Positions 44,218 to 51,336 of a DNA stretch of 64,000 nt are shown in pieces; the stretch's first letter is position 1; the number at the start of each line of letters is the position of its first letter. Below the pieces are notes generated by a model. That model saw only the letters and a list, made by a program, of their open reading frames with translations, was not told where the DNA came from and made no database searches. This DNA is from Candidatus Kaftiobacterium secundum. GTDB lineage: Bacteria > Sysuimicrobiota > Sysuimicrobiia > Sysuimicrobiales > Kaftiobacteriaceae. Location of the stretch: positions 257,350 through 321,349 of the forward strand of contig JAVKHY010000002.1 in NCBI GenBank assembly GCA_031459765.1, given 5' to 3'. The position numbers and the translations under genes were made by a program.

Positions 44218-45146
44218 GGGTGGACCCCCCTGGTCGCCGGCTGCGGCTCATCCGGCGGCGCCGGATAGACCCGCTTGCGCGGCGGCAGGTAGTATACGCG
44301 CGGCTCGGTGCCCAGCTCTTCCAGGAACCGATAACCGGCGTTCTGGCGGATCAGCTCGGAAAACCGCACCGTCTCCCCCTGGGAGTTGGTTACGGCATCC
44401 TCCTCCTGGTCGCCGAAGTAGATGGCGCCCATCGGACAGGCCGCCACACAGGCCGGCAGCCTTCCCTCTTTGACGAGCCCCGGACAGAAGATGCACTTCT
44501 CGGTGGTGCCCTTGCGGTGGCGTTGGTTCCATTCGTCGGAGTACGGGAGGCTCTGCTGCGCCTCGGTCTCGGGCGGCTGGACCCAGTTGAAACTCCGTGC
44601 CCCGTACGGACAGGCGGCGATGCAGAAGCGGCAGCCGATGCAGCGCGAGGTGTCCTGCATCACGATCCCGTCCTCGCGCTTCCAGGCCGCGCTGACCGGA
44701 CAGACCTTGACGCACGGCGCGTTGTCGCACTGCATGCAGGGCCGGGGAAACCAGTACGGGGCGGCGACCTCATTGTCCCGCAGCTCGTAGACGCGGATCC
44801 ACTCCTGCCCGGCGGGGGTGAAGTGCATCCCCTGGCAGGCACGGGTGCACTCCCGGCACCCGTCGCACCTGGCGAGGTCGATAACCATCACCCACCGCCG
44901 CCCCGGGATGCCCGGCCCCGTGGGCTGCGGGGGCGATGCGGCGTAGGCCACCGCTGCCGCCCCGGCCCCGCCGGTCAGACCGTTCAGCTCGACCAGCGTG
45001 CGGTCCACCGTGGGCGCGGCGACGAGCGCGGGCACCGGCGACCTTCGGCCAAGGGGCAGGCGGCGGAGGAAGCGGCCGCCGCCCAGCGGGACGAGGGTCG
45101 CGGCGCCCGCCGCCAGCGTCCGCAGGAAGGTCCGCCGGGTGAGCAT
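44214..45146 (-). CDS. TAT-exported 4Fe-4S cluster protein, NrfC/PsrB/ActB-like
   Basis: Twin-arginine signal MLTRRTFLRTLAAGAATLVP. Four ferredoxin-type Cys motifs (CDGCRECTRAC, CMQCDNAPC, CIGCRFCIAACP, CIFCPG...CVAACP). No CxxCH. Confidence 0.75.
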   Translation of the reverse strand: MLTRRTFLRTLAAGAATLVPLGGGRFLRRLPLGRRSPVPALVAAPTVDRTLVELNGLTGGAGAAAVAYAASPPQPTGPGIPGRRWVMVIDLARCDGCRECTRACQGMHFTPAGQEWIRVYELRDNEVAAPYWFPRPCMQCDNAPCVKVCPVSAAWKREDGIVMQDTSRCIGCRFCIAACPYGARSFNWVQPPETEAQQSLPYSDEWNQRHRKGTTEKCIFCPGLVKEGRLPACVAACPMGAIYFGDQEEDAVTNSQGETVRFSELIRQNAGYRFLEELGTEPRVYYLPPRKRVYPAPPDEPQPATRGVHP

Positions 45147-45150
45147 GGGC

Positions 45151-45600
45151 TCACCGGCCGGGCAGGACGACGAACTGCCCGATCTGATCGGGATGATCCC
45201 GGGCGCATCCGGCCAGAGTGCACGCATAGTGGTAGATGCCGGGCCGGGCGGCCACAAACCGCAGCGTAACGGTCTCCCCCGGCGCGATGGTCGGAACGGC
45301 GACGTTCAACGCCCCCAGACCGAAGCCGTGGGAATCCTCCTCGTCGGTGTTGGTGACCCGCAGGATGACGGTGTCGCCGGCGTTGACGACAATCACATCG
45401 GGTATCCAGTGGTGGACTTTCCGCTCGCCCGCCTCGAAGGAGTGCAGGTAGAGGCCGACCTGCCGGACCTCGGGCGTGACCGGCGCCGTGGCCGAGACCG
45501 GAGGCACGTAAATCTGGAAGACGACATACGCGCCCCCGATGGCCAGCAGCGCGGCGAGCAGGACCGCCCCGAAGATCGTCCATCCGCCGCTATTCATCAC
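45151..45600 (-). CDS. membrane-anchored CuA-like cupredoxin (paralog A; axial Gln variant)
   Basis: N-terminal TM, cupredoxin strands (IPDVIVVNAGDTVILRVTN), upstream His (SHGF), then C-x4-C-x3-H-x2-Q (CTLAGCARDHPDQ). Confidence 0.5.
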   Translation of the reverse strand: MMNSGGWTIFGAVLLAALLAIGGAYVVFQIYVPPVSATAPVTPEVRQVGLYLHSFEAGERKVHHWIPDVIVVNAGDTVILRVTNTDEEDSHGFGLGALNVAVPTIAPGETVTLRFVAARPGIYHYACTLAGCARDHPDQIGQFVVLPGR

Positions 45601-46073
45601 TTCACCACGACCACGCCCTTCATGCCCTGCTCGTAGTGGCCTTCCACCATGCAGCCCATCTCAAAGGTGCCGGTGCGCCTGGGGGTGAACGTCAGCTCGG
45701 CCGACCGGCCGGGGCCGACCTCCACCTCGAAGATCTCCTCCCCTTCGACGGCAATGCCGCCACCTTCCACCTCGACCTCAACCCCCTTGAAGTACGAGTG
45801 CTCCTCCGCCCAGGCGTGCATCTCGCTCTCGTCCATCTTGCCCGCGGGCGTGTCGTAAACCATGAACTCGTGCTTGACCTTGCCCTTGTTGAGGAGCGTA
45901 ATCTGCGTCTTGGTCCCGGCCTGCAGCGTGACCCTGGCGGGAGTGAAGCTCATCTCGCGCAGGGTGATGGTCAGCTTCTGCGCCTTCGCCGCGCCCAGCG
46001 CGCTGCCCACCGGCAGCGTCGCCAGAAGCACGGTCACCGCCAGGAGACCCGTCCACCACCGCATCGTCCTCAC
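45597..46073 (-). CDS. secreted type-1 cupredoxin (paralog of the gene at 30084-30482)
   Basis: Signal peptide, His (KHEF), then C-x4-H-x4-M (CMVEGHYEQGM). C-terminal region aligns with the nosZ-adjacent cupredoxin (TFEMGCMVEGHYEQGMKGVVVVK vs TIFCKVAGHKEAGMHIQLVVK). Confidence 0.65.
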   Translation of the reverse strand: MRTMRWWTGLLAVTVLLATLPVGSALGAAKAQKLTITLREMSFTPARVTLQAGTKTQITLLNKGKVKHEFMVYDTPAGKMDESEMHAWAEEHSYFKGVEVEVEGGGIAVEGEEIFEVEVGPGRSAELTFTPRRTGTFEMGCMVEGHYEQGMKGVVVVK

Positions 46074-46225
46074 CTCCGCTCGTCGTCACACCACCCCCAG
46101 GGTACGATCCGGGCGGACGCCGCGACAACGCACCGGCGGGTAGTCTTGGCGGGGCCGCACCTACCCGTCCGGGTAGGCGGAGACGGGCGGGCAGAACGTT
46201 GGCCAGCTCCAAAGACGCGCCGCGG

Positions 46226-46867
46226 TCAGCCGGGATCCTCCGGCAGCAACCCCCGGCGCGCCGCGTAGGCGATGACCTCGGCGCGGCTGCGGAGGTGGAG
46301 CTTGTCCAGGATGTTCTTCATGTGGAACTTGACGGTGTTCTCCGAAATGTGCAGGGCCGCGGCCACCTCGCGGTTGCTGGCCCCCCGGCTCACGGCCTGC
46401 AGCACCTCGCGCTCCCGGTCGGTCAGCGCCTCCGGAGGTGGCGCCTGCGGCTGCTGTCCGGCGAACTCCTCGAGGATCCGCGCGGCGAGGGTGCGGGTGA
46501 TCGGCGCCTCCCCGCGCTCCACCCCGCTCAACAGGTCGAAGAACTCCCCGGCCCGGAGGTTCTTGAGCAGGTAGCCCTGTGCTCCGCTCTTGATCGCTTC
46601 GAACACCATCCGGTCTTCATCGGAAACGGTGAGCATGACGATCTTGATTTGCGGGGCCTGGGCCTTGATCAGCCGCGTTGCCTCGAGGCCGCTCATGCGT
46701 GGCATGGCGATGTCCATGAGCACGACATCCGGGCGCAGGCGCAGCGCCGCCTCCACCGCCTGCAGGCCGTCGCCGGCCTCGCCCACGACCTCCACTCCCC
46801 GCGTGGCCAGCAGGCTGCGCACCCCGTCGCGGAAGAGGGCGTGATCGTCAACCAGCAGCACGCGCAC
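46226..46867 (-). CDS. NarL/FixJ-family response regulator (REC + LuxR HTH)
   Basis: MRVLLVDDH...DVVLMDIAMP receiver and C-terminal LTDREREVL...NISENTVKFH LuxR-type HTH. Confidence 0.85.
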   Translation of the reverse strand: MRVLLVDDHALFRDGVRSLLATRGVEVVGEAGDGLQAVEAALRLRPDVVLMDIAMPRMSGLEATRLIKAQAPQIKIVMLTVSDEDRMVFEAIKSGAQGYLLKNLRAGEFFDLLSGVERGEAPITRTLAARILEEFAGQQPQAPPPEALTDREREVLQAVSRGASNREVAAALHISENTVKFHMKNILDKLHLRSRAEVIAYAARRGLLPEDPG

Positions 46868-48626
46868 GCCGGCCCTCCTCCATTCCCGGGAGCACCACCT
46901 CGACGACGGTGCCTCCGCCAGCTCGGACGCCGACGGTCATCGTGCCGCCGATGGCTTCCGCCCGCTCCCGCATCGTCTGCAAGCCGAACCCTGCGGTCGG
47001 GGGCGCGGCCTTCCCGCCAATCCCCACGCCGTCGTCTTCCACGGCGACCACAATCGCCCCGCCCCGCGCCGCCAGCCGGACCACCGCGTGGCGCGCTGCG
47101 GCGTGCTTGCGGACGTTGGTCAACGCCTCCTGGACGATGCGAATGAGGTGGACTTCCGTCGTGGGCGGGAATTCGACCTCGTCGATCTCGACGACGAGCC
47201 GGGTGTCGACGCCGCTGAGCTCGGTGAACCGCCGGGTGTAATCGGCCAGGACCGGAATCAGGCGGCGATCCGGCCCCGTGGTGGTGCGCAGGCTCAGGAT
47301 GGCTTCCCGCAGGTCGGCGTAGACCGAGCGCGCAGCCAGCTCCAGCTCCTCCAGGTGGGCCAGGGCCTCCGGGATCTGGCCCTGGCTCACCAGCGCATGG
47401 ACCGCCTGCACCTTGGTGTTTACGTAGCCCAGCACCTGCCCGACGCTGTCGTGCATCTCCCGGGCAATACGCTCCCGTTCCTCCACCATGGCCACGGATC
47501 GCAGGCGCTCCTGCAGACGGGCGTTCTCCTCCAGGGAGCGGAGCAGCCGGAGGCGCATCGTCTCGAAGCTCTGGCCGAGCGCGCCGAGCTCGTCCCCCCG
47601 ACGCACCTCGATGCGCTGCGCCAGATCGCCTGCGGCGATACGCTCCGCCCCCCGCTGCAGGAGCCGCAGCGGGGCCACCACCGCTCCGGTGTCGAGCCAG
47701 GCGAAGAGCAGGGCCACGGCGAGCACGACGACCTCAAAGAGGAGGACGCGGTCGCGCAGACGCCAGAGCGGGCCAAAGGTTTCGGCCTCACTCTGTCCGA
47801 TCCCAAGCCCCCACGGCGCCGACGCCAGGGGCGCAAAGGCCATGAGGTGAAGGGGACTGCGGCCCTTCGGCTCACGCCGCTCCTCGCTCGCCCCCACCAG
47901 CGGCCGGCCCTCGGCGATCAAGCGGGCAAAAAAGTCGGGATGCTCGTTCCGGGAGAACACCTCATCAGGGTCGGTCCCGGCAAGTACGATGCCGTCCGGG
48001 CCCACGAGGACGGCATGGCCGGTTTCCCCGATGGGCAATCCCCTGATAAACGTGAACAGCGCCGGTGTGGTGAGGTCGATCGCCCCGAGCAATGCTCCGG
48101 CGATCCACTGCGGACCGTCGAAGACTGGCACGGCGAAGAAGACCACAGGCCTGCCGTCGGCCCGCCGGATGAGGCTGCTCGCCTGCGGCCGGCCCGAAGT
48201 CAGCACCTGCTGCAGCAGGGGGGAGCGCGCCAGAGGCTCGAACAGGACCGCCTCCTCCGGTTCGGCGACCCGGATCTTCGATCCTCGATCGAGGTAGGCG
48301 ATCCCCCCGGAGAACAGCGGCATCTGCAGGTAGGAGACCGCCAGCTCGCGCCGGAGGGCCCGGAAGTCGGACCGCGCCAGGTGCGGGCTGAGGCGCGCGC
48401 TCAACCCGTTCAGGGACCGCCAGCCCTGGGCCAGTTCCTGATCGATGTGTTCGGCGGTGGTGCGCGCCATGACCAGGCGTTCGGCCAGCACCCGGTCGGT
48501 CGCGGCCCGCACCATCGCCAGACCCATCACCCCCAGCGGGGCGGTGGCGACGAGCACCCCCAGCGCCACGAGGAGCATGATGCGGTTGCGCAATCCCACC
48601 GCGACCACCACCCTCGCAGACATCAT
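46848..48626 (-). CDS. sensor histidine kinase (periplasmic Cache-like domain, HAMP, HisKA_3, HATPase)
   Basis: Two TM segments flanking a ~270-aa periplasmic domain. HAMP (IAAGDLAQRIEV), HisKA_3 H-box (REMHDSVGQ), and a C-terminal HATPase region with the conserved catalytic Asn and Gly-rich motifs. 20-nt overlap with the response regulator. Confidence 0.8.
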   Translation of the reverse strand: MMSARVVVAVGLRNRIMLLVALGVLVATAPLGVMGLAMVRAATDRVLAERLVMARTTAEHIDQELAQGWRSLNGLSARLSPHLARSDFRALRRELAVSYLQMPLFSGGIAYLDRGSKIRVAEPEEAVLFEPLARSPLLQQVLTSGRPQASSLIRRADGRPVVFFAVPVFDGPQWIAGALLGAIDLTTPALFTFIRGLPIGETGHAVLVGPDGIVLAGTDPDEVFSRNEHPDFFARLIAEGRPLVGASEERREPKGRSPLHLMAFAPLASAPWGLGIGQSEAETFGPLWRLRDRVLLFEVVVLAVALLFAWLDTGAVVAPLRLLQRGAERIAAGDLAQRIEVRRGDELGALGQSFETMRLRLLRSLEENARLQERLRSVAMVEERERIAREMHDSVGQVLGYVNTKVQAVHALVSQGQIPEALAHLEELELAARSVYADLREAILSLRTTTGPDRRLIPVLADYTRRFTELSGVDTRLVVEIDEVEFPPTTEVHLIRIVQEALTNVRKHAAARHAVVRLAARGGAIVVAVEDDGVGIGGKAAPPTAGFGLQTMRERAEAIGGTMTVGVRAGGGTVVEVVLPGMEEGRRARAAG

Positions 48627-49076
48627 CTAGCGCGGCGGCGCGTCGAGGACGACCAGGTGCCCGATCATTCGCTCATGGTCCGGCGAGCAGGACCCGGCGG
48701 CCGGGTCGTAGGGCAGATAGCACCGGTATTCGAAGATCCCCGCGCGGTCCGCGCGGAAGGTCACCTCATCCACGTCCCCGCCGGCCAGGACCTTCGTGCG
48801 GACGTTGAGGCCCCTGAACTCGATGGCGTGGCTGAACAGAGACTGGTTCATCACGCGCAGGCGGACCGTGTCGCCCCGGCGCACGACGAGCATCTGGGGA
48901 TCATAGAGGTGGCTGGTGGCCGGGCCGCCGATGCCCCCCTGCCCGGTGATGAGCATCGCCAGGTCGATGGTCGGGGCGCCGGAGGGGCGCCGTTCCGCCG
49001 GGCGAAGCGCGAACAGACCGACCGCGATCGCCGCCGCCGACACCATCGTCGCCGTCCACGCGACCATCTTGCTCAT
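48627..49076 (-). CDS. membrane-anchored CuA-like cupredoxin (paralog B)
   Basis: N-terminal TM; upstream His (SHAIEF); C-x10-C-x3-H-x2-M (CYLPYDPAAGSCSPDHERM), i.e. the CuA ligand set with an expanded Cys-Cys loop. Abuts the histidine kinase start with zero gap. Confidence 0.5.
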   Translation of the reverse strand: MSKMVAWTATMVSAAAIAVGLFALRPAERRPSGAPTIDLAMLITGQGGIGGPATSHLYDPQMLVVRRGDTVRLRVMNQSLFSHAIEFRGLNVRTKVLAGGDVDEVTFRADRAGIFEYRCYLPYDPAAGSCSPDHERMIGHLVVLDAPPR

Positions 49077-49080
49077 CCCG

Positions 49081-49518
49081 TCACTCCGTGACGAGGAGAT
49101 AGCCGCGCATCAGATCGTGATCGGGCGTGCAGTCGCCCGTGGCGGGGTTGTGGGGCAGTGCGCACCGGAAGAGAAACACCCCCGTCCGGTCGGCGACGAA
49201 ACGCAGAGACCGGCTGCTGCCCGGCCTGAGTTTCCCGGTCCTGAGGTTGTACCCCGTCAGTTCGAAGTCGTGGTTGTACCTGTCGGGGTTGCCGACGGCG
49301 AGATCGACGGTGTCCCCGCGGCGCACGACGAGCATCGTCGGGTACCAGCGGTGGGCGGCCACCCCCTGCCCCGAGAAGGTGGCGACAACCATGGACAGGG
49401 TCAGCGTGGCGGGGGGCCGGGGGCCGACCGCCTCGGGCGGACCCTGTCCCCGTCCGGCCAGGGCCGCCACACTGACGACCAGCGCCAGGACGCTCAGGAC
49501 GAGGGCGATCCGCTCCAT
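49081..49518 (-). CDS. membrane-anchored CuA-like cupredoxin (paralog C)
   Basis: Collinear with paralog B (MLVVRRGDTVxL...FRxDRxG(I/V)F(E/L)(Y/F)RC.LP..PA.G.C.PDH..M). First gene of the block. Confidence 0.5.
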   Translation of the reverse strand: MERIALVLSVLALVVSVAALAGRGQGPPEAVGPRPPATLTLSMVVATFSGQGVAAHRWYPTMLVVRRGDTVDLAVGNPDRYNHDFELTGYNLRTGKLRPGSSRSLRFVADRTGVFLFRCALPHNPATGDCTPDHDLMRGYLLVTE

Positions 49519-49768
49519 GGACGCCGCCTCCCCTTGTAGGAATTACTCTACGCGCGCTCTGCGCGCATCGACTATAGGGTGTGGAACGGATTCGACGCCC
49601 GGCCGGAGCCCGAGGACAAGATGCCGCCGCAGCCCGATAGCCCCCGGATCATCCGGACCATAGGCTGGCAGTGGACCAAGGAAACGCAGCGTTCAGAGTG
49701 AACACGCTGTGTACAGGGTGAACACCGCGGGCGAGACGACCGCCCGGACCCAAAGGAGGGGAGCACAA

Positions 49769-50356
49769 ATGGCGAAGGTAGAGTCGGCGCTGGTCGAGGT
49801 CTACAGCGACCCGCCCTTCGCACGGACCCTGTTCAGCACCACCCGGTTCGCCTGGCTGTGGGCGGCCGTCCGGATCTGGCTCGGCTGGCAGTGGATCGAG
49901 GCCGCCCGGCACAAGGTCGGGGTGGAGGCCTGGACGGGCACCGGCATGGCCCTGAAGGGATTCTGGGAGCGGGCGATCCAGGTGCCGCCGCCTCCGGCAC
50001 GGCCGCCGATCGCCTTCGACTGGTACCGCACCTTCATCCAGTACCTGCTGGACACGCAGTCCTACACCTGGTTCGCCAAGCTGGTGGCCTACGGGGAGCT
50101 GGCCGTCGGCATCGCCCTCATCGTCGGCGCCTTCGTGGGCATCGCCGCCTTCTTCGGCGCCTTCATGAACTGGAACTTCATGATGGCGGGAACGGCCAGC
50201 ACCAACCCGCTGCTCTTCACGGCCGCGATGCTGCTGATCCTGTCCTGGAAGGTCGCGGGGCACTACGGGCTCGACCGGGTGCTCCTGCCGCTCCTGGGCA
50301 CGCCCTGGAGGCCGGGGAAGGCGTTCATCGGTCGCACCGCTTCCGCCGCATCCTAG
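49769..50356 (+). CDS. DoxX-family membrane protein (TQO small-subunit DoxD-like)
   Basis: ATG with strong RBS AAAGGAGGGGA. ~195 aa, 4 hydrophobic helices, DoxX-like WLWAAVRIWLGWQWIEA N-terminus. Divergent from the cupredoxin block. Confidence 0.45.
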   Translation: MAKVESALVEVYSDPPFARTLFSTTRFAWLWAAVRIWLGWQWIEAARHKVGVEAWTGTGMALKGFWERAIQVPPPPARPPIAFDWYRTFIQYLLDTQSYTWFAKLVAYGELAVGIALIVGAFVGIAAFFGAFMNWNFMMAGTASTNPLLFTAAMLLILSWKVAGHYGLDRVLLPLLGTPWRPGKAFIGRTASAAS

Positions 50357-50511
50357 CGGAGCGGTCGATCACCGGGAGGGACCCCGGGGGGGCGGGGTCC
50401 CTTTCCTCTTTCTTGAGGCAGGAATGGGGCCGGCCTGTGGAATAGTGTAAGACCTTCGACGGGTATGAACTGACCGGTGATTCCACCATCGTCTGTGGGT
50501 GAGGTTCAGAG

Positions 50512-50676
50512 ATGGTCCTGTTCGTGCTGGTGAACTGCCTGATCGTCCTCCCCCTGACCTGGATGTCGCTGCGCTGGCTGGGCGTTCCGGACCGGCACGA
50601 ACTGGTCGCCGGGATCTTCCTGACGATCGTGTACGCCCTGTTTGCCTCGACGCTGTTCGGCATCTTTTCAGGGTAG
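50512..50676 (+). CDS. possible small hydrophobic protein (54 aa), not in the ORF table
   Basis: ATG preceded by GGTGAGGT. Two predicted TM helices. Followed by an unusual AT-rich stretch. Speculative. Confidence 0.2.
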   Translation: MVLFVLVNCLIVLPLTWMSLRWLGVPDRHELVAGIFLTIVYALFASTLFGIFSG

Positions 50677-50842
50677 GAAAAAATAAATTAACGGCGACAA
50701 GCCTGCCTGCCATTCCCTTTCCTCCCCAGCGCGGCCCGCCTCCGGGCGCGCGACGGGATTGACCTCGCCCGTCCGCGGAGGAACACTAGAGGGTGGAGCG
50801 GAAGGCGCTGTCCGGTTGGGTGCAGACCGGAGGTGACGGACG

Positions 50843-51193
50843 ATGGTGTGGGCAAACGTGGTCAATGCCCTGCTCGGACTCTGGTTCGTCGTGGCGCCGT
50901 TCGCGCTCGGCTTCCAGAATCGCCCCGGCCCGATGTGGGCCAGTATCATCGGCGGGGCGGTGCTGTTCATCCTGGCGGGCTGGGCGGCGCTGGACAAGCG
51001 GATGCGCCTCCAGGCCTGGGTGCAGTATGTAAACGGTCTGGTAGGCATCTGGTTCATCATCTTTACCTATGTCTTCGCGGACGTCGCCGGGGTCGCCCAT
51101 GCGCGCTGGACCACCGTGCTCGGTGGCCTCATCGCGCTGGTGCTCGCGGCCTGGCTGGCGTTCGGCGCCCTTCCGAAGGAGGCCAAGGCCTGA
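50843..51193 (+). CDS. small 4-TM membrane protein (SPW-repeat-like)
   Basis: ATG with RBS GGAGGTGA. 116 aa with a duplicated W..V(V/A)PF/W..F motif. Confidence 0.4.
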   Translation: MVWANVVNALLGLWFVVAPFALGFQNRPGPMWASIIGGAVLFILAGWAALDKRMRLQAWVQYVNGLVGIWFIIFTYVFADVAGVAHARWTTVLGGLIALVLAAWLAFGALPKEAKA

Positions 51194-51336
51194 CCGGAAG
51201 ACCGGGCGCCTTCCGCTCCCCGTTTACAGGATCCCGTCGTCCGCACGAAAAGTCCTGACCATCGGCCGGAAGACCGACAGGGAGCCGGCGGGACCCTGCT
51301 GAATCCGTCTACATCCACCAACCTCGACGTCCGGCG

